NCBI GenBank assembly: GCA_963833985.1 | Contig: CAWIAD010000002.1 | Coordinates: 3,200,001-3,264,000 of the forward strand | Direction of reading: 5' to 3' | DNA from: an uncultured Planctomycetaceae bacterium | Lineage (GTDB): Bacteria; Planctomycetota; Planctomycetia; Isosphaerales; Isosphaeraceae | DNA: 64,000 nucleotides | Part shown: piece by piece, positions 29,192-39,551 of the stretch | Numbering within the stretch: position 1 is the stretch's first letter | Layout: every line of letters starts with the position of its first letter | Made by a program: the position numbers and the translations under genes | The notes under the pieces: generated by a model | The model's database searches: none | Seen by the model: only the letters and a program-made list of their open reading frames with translations | What the model was told of the DNA's origin: nothing

Positions 29192-30187
29192 ATGGTCAGG
29201 CACAGGCGGGGCAGAGGCGCGAACACCGGAAAGTGGGTGGCCCTGGTGCTGGGAGCGACGCTCCTTCGCGGCACCGAGGTGCAGGCACAAACGGGGTCCA
29301 TGGAGGTGGCTTCGCAAGTTCTGGTTCCACCCCCGCCAGTGACGGCGGTCCCGCCGATCAAGGCGGGCTGGCTGCACCACCCGCCTACGACGGCCGGCAC
29401 GCTGGGCTACGGGCCTCCAGGCGTGTATCCCGGCTTCCAGGGGTTTGGACTGGGTTATCACCTGGGCTACGGCTACGGCGGATACGCCCTGGGTCCCGGC
29501 CTGTTCGGAGGCTACCCCTTCTACGGAGGGCCCGGCTATCCCTGCGGGATGGTGCCGCAGCTTCGGCGGCTCGGCCCCATCGTTCCGTTCCCCTACAATG
29601 GAAGCCCCGGCTATCCCACGCCCGAGCATCCCAACTATTACGGTCAGTTCGGCCCGCTCGTCCCTGACAGGCCGGTGGTCACGGTTATCAGCGATCGCGG
29701 CGAGGAGGTCACAGGAACCGGCTACGGGGACTTCACGGGCGCCGTCGCCAACCCGGAAGCTCTCTTCGCCCCGTTCACCGCGCGGGCCGCGGCGGGCGTC
29801 TCCTCGATGCGGGCACGATCCACCAACCCGGTGCTGGGCTCGCCTCCACTGCCAGGCGCCGGCGCAGGGCAACCGGTCAACGGCGGGATCGACGGGCTAT
29901 CTCCCTCGCCCCGCGCCCGTAACCTTCTGGGCCTCGAGGCCGAGCCTGCTGCCGCGCCTGATGGGGCAAAAGGCATGAGGATCACCCAGATCGCTCCCGG
30001 CTCGGCAGCCGAGCGGGCCGGTCTCCACGTGGGCGATCTCATCCTGTCCATCAACAATTACCTGACCCAGCAGAGAGGCAACATGGAGTGGGTCTTCGTG
30101 AATGCCGCGCCCAGCAACATCTTGCAGATCAACGTGAAGTCCGCGAGCGACGGCCAGGTCCACCCGGTCACCACCCAGGTTCCCTGA
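29192..30187 (+). CDS. Exported Gly/Tyr/Pro-rich protein with C-terminal PDZ domain
   Basis: AGGAG RBS; signal peptide (VQA-Q); GYGYGGY region; LLGL..GMRITQIAPGSAAERAGLHVGDLILSIN PDZ signature. Confidence 0.85.
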   Translation: MVRHRRGRGANTGKWVALVLGATLLRGTEVQAQTGSMEVASQVLVPPPPVTAVPPIKAGWLHHPPTTAGTLGYGPPGVYPGFQGFGLGYHLGYGYGGYALGPGLFGGYPFYGGPGYPCGMVPQLRRLGPIVPFPYNGSPGYPTPEHPNYYGQFGPLVPDRPVVTVISDRGEEVTGTGYGDFTGAVANPEALFAPFTARAAAGVSSMRARSTNPVLGSPPLPGAGAGQPVNGGIDGLSPSPRARNLLGLEAEPAAAPDGAKGMRITQIAPGSAAERAGLHVGDLILSINNYLTQQRGNMEWVFVNAAPSNILQINVKSASDGQVHPVTTQVP

Positions 30188-30347
30188 CACGGGCCCCAGA
30201 ACGGCCACATGCCCTGCGACGGCTGTTTCTCATCCATCCTCTCGACAGAACCCGCGGGCGCGGCAAGCCATACCTTGCCGCGCCCGCCTGTTTTCTCATT
30301 TTGGGCAGTTTGCCATACCTTATACAGTTTCGCCCGCATAACTTCTC

Positions 30348-30376
30348 TTGACATTCCCCCTATCTTGCCGCATGAT
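30348..30376 (+). promoter_or_regulatory. Sigma70-type promoter TTGACA-N17-CATGAT
   Basis: -35 at 30348-30353, -10 at 30371-30376; implies a leader of about 300 nt before ATG 30690. Confidence 0.55.
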
Positions 30377-30689
30377 TCTTCTCGCTAGCCTATCCAGGGC
30401 ACTCAGTTTACCAGGTCTACGGAAACGGCATGCTTCAGCACCAGGTTGTTGTCACTCCGCCTTCCGACAAGCGCCGGATGCCGGGGGTATGCAACCCGGC
30501 TGAAACATTGTCGCCGGGTTTTCGCCCGGCGGCATGACGTGATCTCTGACGGCCTGGAAACAGGGTTCGGCAAGGTTGCCACGCCGGGGTTGCCCGGCGA
30601 TAGGTGAGCGGTTGGGCGATCGAACGACATCTTCGGTTCAGTTCATCCGTGATGAAACCGGGCTTGATTCACATCACACGAGGGTACCC

Positions 30690-31070
30690 ATGACGAAGTC
30701 TCGAAGCTCCATCCTGACACTGGCCACAACGGGAGTTCTCACCCTGGCACTCGGCGCCGGCCCCGTGCTTGCAGCGGGCGGCTCCAGCGGAGGCGGCTCC
30801 AGCGGAGGCGGTTCCAGTGGTGGCGGGCTCTTCCACCACAAGAAGAGCGGTGGCTCCAGCGGAGGCGGTTCCAGTGGCGGCGGGTTCATGCACCACGGCT
30901 CCAGCGGCGGCTCCAGTGGTGGCGGGTTCATGCACCACAGCGGAGGCTCGAGCGGAGGCTCCAGCGGTGGCGGCCATCACAAGAAAAGCGGCGGTTCCAG
31001 CGGTGGCGGCCTGTTCCACCACAAGAGCGGCGGTTCCAGCGGTGGCGGCTCGAGCGGCGGATCGTACTGA
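30690..31070 (+). CDS. Secreted Gly/Ser-rich repeat peptide with His-His clusters (126 aa)
   Basis: GAGGG RBS; signal peptide ending VLA-A; mature part built from GGSSGG units separated by LFHHKK, FMHH, FMHH, HHKK, LFHHK; synonymous codon variation between repeats. Confidence 0.85.
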   Translation: MTKSRSSILTLATTGVLTLALGAGPVLAAGGSSGGGSSGGGSSGGGLFHHKKSGGSSGGGSSGGGFMHHGSSGGSSGGGFMHHSGGSSGGSSGGGHHKKSGGSSGGGLFHHKSGGSSGGGSSGGSY

Positions 31071-31234
31071 GCCGCGTCCTCTTGCAGGCCCTCCCGTCGC
31101 GCTCGTTCAGACTCACGCTGAAAGGAAGCGTGACGCGGAGGGTGATTCGTCGACTCCTACCGGGAACGATCGCAGGACACGATCTTCCCGGTTGTTCGTT
31201 GTTCAGGCTGCATGACCCAGCGGGAGATCCTCTC

Positions 31235-31816
31235 ATGTCCAGCAACTTCCTTGCGGACGCCAGCGGTTCGCGGCCGGACTCCGCCCAGCGCCCACGCTTC
31301 AGCCGGTATGGCCGCTGGCTGGTCAGTCTCTGGCTGGTCTTTCATGTCGTGGCCATCACCAGCGCCCCGGCCGCCCTGGAGCCAACGTCCGATCTTTTCG
31401 CCTCGATCCACGAGGCCTGCCAGCCCTATCTCGAGGCGCTCTTTCTGGACCATGGCTACCACTTCTTCGCACCCGAGCCGGAAGAGAGCAACCTGCTGGC
31501 GTTCGAGGCACAGCGTCCGGACGGATCGGTCGTCGCGGGGCGCATCCCCGATCGGGCCACGCGGCCCCGTCTGCTCTACCACCGCTACTTCATGCTCACC
31601 GAGCACATGAGCAAGGCCCCTGAAGAATTCCGGGATCTCTGGAACCGGTCGTACGCAGATCACCTGGGCCACGAACATGGGGCCACGCAAGTGGAGCTGA
31701 CGCAGCAGACGCACCTGCTGTCGTCGATGGAGCGAGTTCGAGAGGGAGGACGGCTGGACGATCCGGAGAGCTACGAGGACCACTTTCTGGGGAGCTTCGC
31801 ATGCGACGGGCACTGA
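31235..31816 (+). CDS. SdpA/DUF5819-like membrane-anchored protein (HTTM partner)
   Basis: GGGAG RBS; one TM segment ending in FH; PYLEALFLDHGYHFFAPEP matches the 'W/Y-x-L/F-FAP-x-P' pattern of HTTM partner proteins; overlaps the next gene by 16 nt. Confidence 0.7.
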   Translation: MSSNFLADASGSRPDSAQRPRFSRYGRWLVSLWLVFHVVAITSAPAALEPTSDLFASIHEACQPYLEALFLDHGYHFFAPEPEESNLLAFEAQRPDGSVVAGRIPDRATRPRLLYHRYFMLTEHMSKAPEEFRDLWNRSYADHLGHEHGATQVELTQQTHLLSSMERVREGGRLDDPESYEDHFLGSFACDGH

Positions 31817-32853
31817 GCGGGTTCGCTCGGCGAGTCACGGCAACGGCAGGCTCGCTGGCCGACGGCTGGAACAGCTTCTGGTTCCGGCCCGCCGATCCCA
31901 CCCTGCTGGGGCTGGTGCGCATCCTGACGGGGCTCATGCTCCTCTACACGCATGCCGTCTGGAGCCTGGCACTGCGGCAGTTCTTCCGGCCCGATGGATG
32001 GCTCAGTCCGGAACTGGTGCGGGCGATGCAGCACCCGGCCGCATGCTCCTTCTGGTGGCTCGTCCCCGACGGCGCGATGTGGACGGCCTACGGGTTGTCG
32101 ATGATTGTGCTCTTGCTCTTCACGCTCGGCCTCTGGACGAGGATCACGTCGGTCCTCTCGCTGCTGGTGGTGCTCTCCTTCGTCCACCGCGTCCCCCAGG
32201 CCACCTTCGGGCTGGACCAGATCAACGCGATGCTGACCCTGTACCTGGCCATCGGACCAAGCGGCCAGGCGCTCTCGCTCGATCGGCTCTTCGCACGGCG
32301 GAGACGGGGCCGGTCTGCGCTGCGTCCCGCGCCCAGCGCGGGGGCAAACCTGGCGCTGCGGCTGATCAACGTGCACATGTGCGTCATCTACTTCTTCGCC
32401 GGGGTCACCAAGCTCCAGGGAGAGTCATGGTGGACCGGCGAGGCGATGTGGCGCGCCTTCGCGAACCTGGAGTACCAGTCGATCGACATGACCTGGATGG
32501 CATGGCATCCCTGGCTGATGAACGTGGCCACGCACGTTTCGGTGCTCTGGGAGACTTTCTTCTGCGTGCTCATCTGGCGCCCGCGCTGGCGGCCCGTGAT
32601 GCTAGCGGGAGCCCTGGTCGTGCATCTCGGTATCGGCGCCTGCCTGGGAATGTGGACTTTTGGCCTGATCATGCTTGTTGGCTGTGCCTCGTTCCTGCCC
32701 CCGACAGCCGTTTCCGGCTGGCTCTCGGCGCTGCTGCCCGCCGCGCGGCCGCCCCGGGTACGCTCTAGCGCTTCGGCCCGTCTGGCACAGGCCGTTGTTC
32801 CCTGGCCCGGTCATCCGCGCGTGACGGAGCCAGCGGAACCAGCCCGGTTCTGA
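31801..32853 (+). CDS. HTTM-domain membrane protein (SdpB / vitamin K-dependent carboxylase-like)
   Basis: WNSFWFRP..LGLVRI, LGLWTR, FGLDQI, LSLDRL, ALRLINVHMCVIYFFAGVTKL.GESWWTGEA, WE, HLGI..LGMWTF. Confidence 0.88.
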   Translation: MRRALSGFARRVTATAGSLADGWNSFWFRPADPTLLGLVRILTGLMLLYTHAVWSLALRQFFRPDGWLSPELVRAMQHPAACSFWWLVPDGAMWTAYGLSMIVLLLFTLGLWTRITSVLSLLVVLSFVHRVPQATFGLDQINAMLTLYLAIGPSGQALSLDRLFARRRRGRSALRPAPSAGANLALRLINVHMCVIYFFAGVTKLQGESWWTGEAMWRAFANLEYQSIDMTWMAWHPWLMNVATHVSVLWETFFCVLIWRPRWRPVMLAGALVVHLGIGACLGMWTFGLIMLVGCASFLPPTAVSGWLSALLPAARPPRVRSSASARLAQAVVPWPGHPRVTEPAEPARF

Positions 32854-33018
32854 TCGCCACGCTGGCCAGAAGACAAAGCGGCTGCCACGTCGTATGTTCT
32901 TGCTAAACTAGACTTCTTGCAATACTCTGATGGAGTCGTACACCCACGCGCCAGGCTCCCCGCCTCGGATACGACGCGAACATTGCATGGCCCCGACGAG
33001 GCCGCCGGGGACTCGATC

Positions 33019-36000
33019 ATGCAGAGAACCAGTTCTGCTCTTGAGGAAAGACCCGGACTCGCTGTGGTGGCCGACAGAGCCCTGTGGTCGCTCGGGCCCG
33101 TTCTGGTTGTCGTCCCCACCCTGCGGCTCGGGGGATCGTCGCTGGGCGGGCTGGCCAATCCTGCGTGGCTCTGCGCGCTGGCGGTGGTGTTCGCCACGGT
33201 GCGCGGCGGTCTCGCGTCCGGGCTCTGCGCTGCGGCCGTGTCCGCGGCAGCCGTCGGGCTGGACATTGCCGGCGAGCACCCAGGTGTGGCCGTGTCCTGC
33301 GGAGACTGGTTGCCACGGCTGGCGCTTGCGTCGCTCTGGTTCTCTTCTCTGGTCCTGGCCGTGGCGGCGGGCCGCTTCGGCCGTATGTCGGGTCGCGGGA
33401 AGGACGCATCTCGCCTGCGGCTGCTGCTGGAGCAATCGCGTGACGGCATCGTCGTGCTTGACAGCCGTGGGCAGGTCTGCGATGTGAACCGCCGGTTTGC
33501 CGAGATGCTGGGCTACACCGCCGAGGAGCTCGGGCGGCTCCATGTCTGGGATTTCGACGCGCTGCTGGACCGGTCGCAGATCGAGGCCAGGTTGAATGGC
33601 AGGGGTCGGGACGGCGACCTCTTCCACACGCGCCATCGCCGCAAGGACGGCACCGAGTACGACGCCGAGGTGAGCGCCAGTGCCGCGTACGACGGAGGCC
33701 GAAGACTGATCCTCTGCGTTTGCAGGGACATCTCGTGGCGGATCGAGGCTGAGCGGTCGCTGCGTGACGGTGAAGCCCGGTACCGGGCCCTCATGGAGAC
33801 CACGCCCGACGGCTTTTACGTCACGGATCCCATGGGCCGGTTCCTCGAGGTGAATGACGCCTATGTGCGGCTTTCCGGCTATTCGCACGAGGAGCTGCGG
33901 TCGATGCGGATCAGCGACGTCGACTTTCGCGAGAGCGCTGAAGAGACCGAGCGGCACAGATCCCGCATCCGGGAGAGCGGCTACGATTGCTTCGAAAGCC
34001 TGCACCGGGCGCGCGACGGCAGGCTCTGGGCAGTGGAATGCAACGTGTCCTACTGGCCGGGAAAGGGCGGTATTTTCTTCACGTTTCTCCGCGACATCAC
34101 CCAGCGTAACGCGTTACAGACCGAGCTGCGCCGCTGGGCCGATGCGTTCGAGAGCTGTGCACACGGCATCGCGCTGGGCGACCCCGAGACAAGCCGGATC
34201 CTGGCCTGCAACTCCGCCTACGCGCGGCTACAGGGGCGGAAGTCTGGCGACCTGACCGGCGCCGACATCCTCTCGCTCTACGCGCCTGCCGACCTCGAGT
34301 GGGTGAAGACCAGGATCGAGGAGTCCGACCGGGTTGGGCAGGTGGCGTACGAGGCCCGTCTGCTTCACTGTGACGGATCATTGATCCCCGTGCAGATCGA
34401 TCTGGTGAGCGTGCGTGACGACCGCGGCCGGCTGCTGCACCGCGTGGCCACCGTCCAGGACATCCGCGAGCGGAAGCGTGCCCAGCAGAGGCTGCTCGAC
34501 AGCGAGCTGCGACTGCGCAAGCTGGGAGACAACCTCCCCGATAGTTGCCTTTACCAGTACATGCGCTGTCCCGACGGGACAGCTCGGTTCGTTTACATGA
34601 GCGCAGGTGCGGAACGCGTGACGGGAGTCAAGATTGAGGATGCGATGCGCGACGCCCAGCTGCTGTTCGGGCTCGTCGAGCCGGAATCCTTGCCGGCGCT
34701 CCTCGAAGGCGAAGCCGTGTCTGCCCGTGACCTCTCTATCTTCGATATGGAGCTGCCGATCCGCCGTGCCGACGGCCAGCACCGCTGGGTGCGCCTGCGC
34801 TCGCAACCCCGCAGTCTGCCTGGCGGCGAGACGCTCTGGGATGGCGTGCTCATGGACATCACGGAGCTGAAGCTGGCCGAAGCTGAGATCCGCGGCTTGA
34901 ATGCGTCCCTGGAGCGAATGGTTGCGGAGCGCACGGCCGAGGTGGACTCGATGCTCGCCAACGCGACGGTCGGCCTGGCGTTCGCCAACCGGAAGTACGA
35001 ATGCATCCGGATCAACCAGTACCTCGCCGACATCGACGGCATTCCCGTCGAGCAGCACATCGGCCGAAAACTGTGCGAGCTCTTGCCCCATGCCAGCAGC
35101 TTCATCGAGAGCGATCTGGAAAGGGTCTTTGAAACCGGCCGTCCCATCTCGGGGCGAGAACTCGCTCTACAGAACCCGGTCCGGCCCTGGGAGACCCGCT
35201 ACCTGGTCCTCGGGCATTTTCCGGTCTTGCACGCGGACGGCTCGGTGCGCTCGGTCGGCACCTCGGTCACCGACGTCACGACACGGATCCGCTCCGAGAA
35301 GACGCAGGCCGAATTGAACCGCACGCTTCAGGCCGAGATCACGCAGCGAGCAGAGCTGGAAGCCCGGATCCGTATGCTGGCGACGGTCTTCGAGGCCACG
35401 TCCGACTTCGTCGGCATCGCCGATCCTTCCCATCGCGTCATCTACCTGAACCGGGCGTTCAGCGAGGCCCTCGGTCGCTGGCATGATCGCGAGCAGCTGA
35501 CGGTCTCCGACTGTCATCCCCAGGCATCCTTGCAAACGATCGAGAGCGAGGCACTGCCCGCGGCTGAACGGGGCGAGGTCTGGTGTGGCGAGACCCAGTT
35601 CCAGTACCTCGACGGACGCGTGATTCCAATGTCTCAGATCGTCCTGGCGCATCGCGACGAGGATGGCGCGCTCCAATTCTATGCCACGATCATGCGCGAC
35701 ATTTCCGGGCGGAGGCAGATGGAAGGCATGCTTCGCCGCCATTCCGAGGAACTCCTCGAGGCCAATTGCCTGCTCGCCAGGGCCTCCCGCCTGAAGGACG
35801 AGTTCCTGGCCAGCATGAGCCACGAGCTGCGCACCCCGCTCAACGGCATCCTGGCGCTCTCGCAGAGCTTGCTCGACGAGGTCTACGGGCCGATCGACCC
35901 CAGGCAGCGCCGGGCGATGCTCGATGTCGAGGACTGCGGGCGGCACTTGCTCGCCCTCATCAACGACATCCTCGACGTTGCAAAAATCGAGGCCGGTAAG

Positions 36001-36954
36001 ATCGAGCTCCACACCGGGGCGCTGGACGTCGGCGAGGTGGTCCAGGCGTCACTCCGCCTGGTGAAAGAGGCGGCGATCCGCAAGCGCATCTCCATCTCGT
36101 TCTCCCTTGACGGCGCACCCGGCAGGCTGCTGGCCGATCAGCTCCGGGTCAAGCAGGTCCTCGTGAATCTCCTTTCCAACGCCGTGAAGTTCACGAACGA
36201 AAGCGGCAAGGTCGGCATCGACGTGACGGGCGACCCGTCGCGCAAGGAAGTGCGGTTCACGGTTTGGGACACCGGCATCGGCATCAGCCGGGAGGACCAG
36301 GGACGTCTCTTCCAGCCCTTCATCCAGCTCGATTCGGGTCTCGCTCGGAAATACGAGGGCACCGGGCTGGGACTGGTCCTCGTGAAGCGGCTCACCGAGC
36401 TGCACGGCGGCCGGCTGGAGCTCGAAAGCGAGCCGGGCAAGGGGAGTCGGTTCACGGTCGTCATCCCCTGGGTCGAGTACGGCGCCCAGGCACTCTCTGC
36501 CGATCGAAACCTGCCGCCTGAAACGGCGGGCAAGCCGGCGCAGATCGCGACTCCAGACCCACCCGCGGGCCCCGCGGCCCCGCTCATCCTGATCGTGGAC
36601 GACCACCCCCTCAGCGCCCGCAGCCTGAAAGACTACCTGGCCTTCAAGGGCTGCCGGGTCGAGCTTGCCGGCGACGGCGGCGAAGCGCTCCGCCTGGCCG
36701 GGCTGATTCACCCGGACCTGATCATCATGGACGTTCAGATGCCAGGAATGGACGGACTGGAAGCCATCCGGCGGCTGCGCGCCTTGCCCGATATGAAAGC
36801 CACTCCCATCATCGCGCTCACCGCACTGGCGATGCCCGGCGATCGCGACCGTACCATGGAAGCGGGCGCCACCGAATACGTCAGCAAGCCAGCCCGCCTG
36901 GAACAGCTGCACAAGCTGATCCGCTCGCTCCTGCAAAGGGGCGGCTCGTCCTGA
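33019..36954 (+). CDS. Membrane-bound multi-PAS hybrid histidine kinase with receiver domain
   Basis: N-terminal TM segments, about six PAS/PAC repeats, KDEFLASMSHELRTPLN H-box, NLLSNAVKFT, DTGIGI, GTGLGL, receiver MDVQMPGMDG..SKP. Confidence 0.95.
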   Translation: MQRTSSALEERPGLAVVADRALWSLGPVLVVVPTLRLGGSSLGGLANPAWLCALAVVFATVRGGLASGLCAAAVSAAAVGLDIAGEHPGVAVSCGDWLPRLALASLWFSSLVLAVAAGRFGRMSGRGKDASRLRLLLEQSRDGIVVLDSRGQVCDVNRRFAEMLGYTAEELGRLHVWDFDALLDRSQIEARLNGRGRDGDLFHTRHRRKDGTEYDAEVSASAAYDGGRRLILCVCRDISWRIEAERSLRDGEARYRALMETTPDGFYVTDPMGRFLEVNDAYVRLSGYSHEELRSMRISDVDFRESAEETERHRSRIRESGYDCFESLHRARDGRLWAVECNVSYWPGKGGIFFTFLRDITQRNALQTELRRWADAFESCAHGIALGDPETSRILACNSAYARLQGRKSGDLTGADILSLYAPADLEWVKTRIEESDRVGQVAYEARLLHCDGSLIPVQIDLVSVRDDRGRLLHRVATVQDIRERKRAQQRLLDSELRLRKLGDNLPDSCLYQYMRCPDGTARFVYMSAGAERVTGVKIEDAMRDAQLLFGLVEPESLPALLEGEAVSARDLSIFDMELPIRRADGQHRWVRLRSQPRSLPGGETLWDGVLMDITELKLAEAEIRGLNASLERMVAERTAEVDSMLANATVGLAFANRKYECIRINQYLADIDGIPVEQHIGRKLCELLPHASSFIESDLERVFETGRPISGRELALQNPVRPWETRYLVLGHFPVLHADGSVRSVGTSVTDVTTRIRSEKTQAELNRTLQAEITQRAELEARIRMLATVFEATSDFVGIADPSHRVIYLNRAFSEALGRWHDREQLTVSDCHPQASLQTIESEALPAAERGEVWCGETQFQYLDGRVIPMSQIVLAHRDEDGALQFYATIMRDISGRRQMEGMLRRHSEELLEANCLLARASRLKDEFLASMSHELRTPLNGILALSQSLLDEVYGPIDPRQRRAMLDVEDCGRHLLALINDILDVAKIEAGKIELHTGALDVGEVVQASLRLVKEAAIRKRISISFSLDGAPGRLLADQLRVKQVLVNLLSNAVKFTNESGKVGIDVTGDPSRKEVRFTVWDTGIGISREDQGRLFQPFIQLDSGLARKYEGTGLGLVLVKRLTELHGGRLELESEPGKGSRFTVVIPWVEYGAQALSADRNLPPETAGKPAQIATPDPPAGPAAPLILIVDDHPLSARSLKDYLAFKGCRVELAGDGGEALRLAGLIHPDLIIMDVQMPGMDGLEAIRRLRALPDMKATPIIALTALAMPGDRDRTMEAGATEYVSKPARLEQLHKLIRSLLQRGGSS

Positions 36955-37235
36955 AAGCGATGCACTACTTCAATGCGCTGCGCCACGGCTTGCAAGCGGA
37001 ACTGGCGGTCCGGACTCGCTTGCACGCCGCCGCCCCCTCTTCCCGCCGGGCATTCGGAAAGGCGATCCTTGGCCCGGGAGCGCTGAGGGTGACCACCTGG
37101 GCTTGAAAATCTGGCTGGATCGCGGACGTCGACCGGGCATGGGACGAGGCTCGTGCGAAGCCAGTCATTGATCGGGAAACCGGTACAATCCCGGGCGCGC
37201 ATGTCCTTTTCTCTCGCCGATCGCGGAGAGCCCGT

Positions 37236-39551
37236 TCACGGTGAGTCATTGCCGGCGCCCGCTGCTGCCCGCGCGGCGGGCCGGGCCAGCAGGCGGCACG
37301 ACTCGTCGAGCAGGAAGTCGACATCCATGAACGGCTCGTGCCCGATGTCCCACCAGCGGACGAGACCACTCCCGTCGATCAGGAACGTGCCGTGCAACGG
37401 CTGTGAGGAGACCAGGTCGAAAAGATGATATCTCCTGAACACGGAGAGCGCCTGATCGGAGAGGAGGGGGAACGGGAATGCCTCATCGCCGTAATCCTTC
37501 ATGGATTTCTGGAGCTTCTCACGGCCGTCGGTGCTCACGCCAATCAGAGCGATGCCGGCGGCGGCGAAGTCCCGGGTGCGCGGCGCAATCGCCTCGAGCT
37601 GCTGGACGCAGTGCAGGCAGCCGACGCCCAGGTAGAAGATCACGACAACCGGGCGCCCGCGATAGGAGGAGAGTGAGAGCCGCTTTCCCGTGCCGTCTTC
37701 CAGCGTCCAGTCCGGGGCCTGGGCAGGCTGCCAGCGGGCCGGGCCTAGCGCGTCAAGCTCGGGCCGGTTCTGGGTGTCCGACGGCCGCGGCGTGCGCAGA
37801 CGCCAGTCCGCCGGGTAGCCAAGGGCGCTGGCAATCGGAGCAAGCCGCTTGAACGGGGGAGCGTCCAGGTCGGCCTGCCCGGACTTCTCACGCAGCGCGG
37901 CGAACGCTTGCTCGGCGTCCTGAAGGCGTCCCAGCCGCCAGCGTAGTTCCACCAGAAGAGCGCGGGGCAGGGGATTGCCCGGCTGCCGCGCGATCAGTTC
38001 CATGAGTGCGTTCTCCGCTGCCTCGTTCTGACCAGCCCGGATTTGCGTCCGGGCCAGATCGGCCGGATCGAGGTCTCCGGCCTGGACGAGCAGCCGCATT
38101 CCTCGATCGACCTCACCGCCGGCGATGGCGTCGCGGCCTTCCAGCTCCGCGCAGGCCGCACGCACGGCACGTGCAGCTACCGCGAAGCGAGTGCGGATTC
38201 CGGGCTGATCGGAGTTCGCGGCCCTGGCAAGCTCGACTCGCTCCAGCTCGGGTAGCTTGCTCATCATTCCGGACAGCCAGGCCAGTGCGGCGCGCCCGCC
38301 GTGACAGTCTCCCGTGGCGAAACGAGCCCTTCCCAGGTAGCGTACCTCGAGCCACTCGCCGGGCCGACCGGCGGCCGGCGTGGTTGCCGGCAATCGGCTT
38401 GTCGCCCTCAGGTCGTCCCACAACTCGTAGCGGCTGAGCGACTCGAAACGCAGCCGGGTTCCACGCGTGCTGCAAGCGGGCCGTTGCTCGGTGTCGAAGA
38501 GCGGGTGCCGGGGCATCGCGATCATTGCCTCGGCCTCCTCGATCGCCTGTCGCACGCGTCCGGCTTCCAGCAGGCTCCGCACCAGGCACTCGCTGTTGTG
38601 CGCGTATCCGGGAGCCTGATCGGGAAGCAGCCCGTTGCGCTCCTGGTAAGCGTGGTAGGCCCGCGCCGCCGCTTGCAGGTGCCAGATCGCATCGTCCTGA
38701 CGGCCGAGGCCGGCGTAAAGGTGGCTGGGGAGATGCCAGAGCGGAGGGATCGAAGGTGACACGAGCCCGCAGCGCGCCGCGGAATCGAGCGCCAGTTCAG
38801 GCTGCTCGTCGCACCACAGGAGGACCCGCTCCAGGTGGCTGGGATGCCCGGGGACGCTCTGGATCGTGAGGCGGAGCAGGGCGTCGGCGGCCGCCAGGCT
38901 GCTCCCTTCCCGACCTTCGGAATGGTCGGCCGCAAGCTGGTGGGCGAGGAACAGGCGGGCCGATGCGTCGGCGGGATCATCACGCACGATACGATCAAGC
39001 GCGCGGGCATAGGTGCTGCGCCGCTCCGGGTCGCGCCGCGAGCCGGCATCAAGAAATGCCGCCAGCGCGTCAATATACATGCCCTCATGAGATCGTACTG
39101 TGCGGACGGATGTCTTGATGGCCACGGCCGCGTCAATGAACTTCCGGGCGCGCGGCTCGTCGTCAAGGTTCGCCATGGCCATGCCCCAGCAGGCTGCCGC
39201 GCAGCGCGGGTCCAGAATCGCGGCCTCGCGGAAGCAGCGTTCGGCCTCCTTGAGCCAGCAGGCGTGCAATTGCATCACGCCCAGGTTCATCAGCGCCTGA
39301 GCGCGCGGGCTGGTCGTGCGAACCGGAAACGTGACGACGCAATCGGTGCTCGCTGTGACGGAAAGGTCAGCGGCAAGCTCGCCGGGCCATGCTCCCAGTT
39401 CGCACCTGCCGGTCCACGATCCTGGATGCGCGGCGGAGACAGGGTCCCCTGAGCGGATGGTGGGGCGGTCCTGCTCATCGGCCCGCAGCAAAACTGAAGC
39501 TGTAAGCAGCAGAGCCGGTACACAAGCAAGCACTTTATCCACCTGTCTCAT
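37236..39551 (-). CDS. Exported TPR-like helical protein fused to a C-terminal AhpC/TSA (redoxin) domain
   Basis: Signal peptide; EAERCFREAAILDP..WGMAMAN helical repeats; APDWTL..GRPVVVIFYLGVGCLHCVQQL CxxC redoxin. Confidence 0.85.
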   Translation of the reverse strand: MRQVDKVLACVPALLLTASVLLRADEQDRPTIRSGDPVSAAHPGSWTGRCELGAWPGELAADLSVTASTDCVVTFPVRTTSPRAQALMNLGVMQLHACWLKEAERCFREAAILDPRCAAACWGMAMANLDDEPRARKFIDAAVAIKTSVRTVRSHEGMYIDALAAFLDAGSRRDPERRSTYARALDRIVRDDPADASARLFLAHQLAADHSEGREGSSLAAADALLRLTIQSVPGHPSHLERVLLWCDEQPELALDSAARCGLVSPSIPPLWHLPSHLYAGLGRQDDAIWHLQAAARAYHAYQERNGLLPDQAPGYAHNSECLVRSLLEAGRVRQAIEEAEAMIAMPRHPLFDTEQRPACSTRGTRLRFESLSRYELWDDLRATSRLPATTPAAGRPGEWLEVRYLGRARFATGDCHGGRAALAWLSGMMSKLPELERVELARAANSDQPGIRTRFAVAARAVRAACAELEGRDAIAGGEVDRGMRLLVQAGDLDPADLARTQIRAGQNEAAENALMELIARQPGNPLPRALLVELRWRLGRLQDAEQAFAALREKSGQADLDAPPFKRLAPIASALGYPADWRLRTPRPSDTQNRPELDALGPARWQPAQAPDWTLEDGTGKRLSLSSYRGRPVVVIFYLGVGCLHCVQQLEAIAPRTRDFAAAGIALIGVSTDGREKLQKSMKDYGDEAFPFPLLSDQALSVFRRYHLFDLVSSQPLHGTFLIDGSGLVRWWDIGHEPFMDVDFLLDESCRLLARPAARAAAGAGNDSP

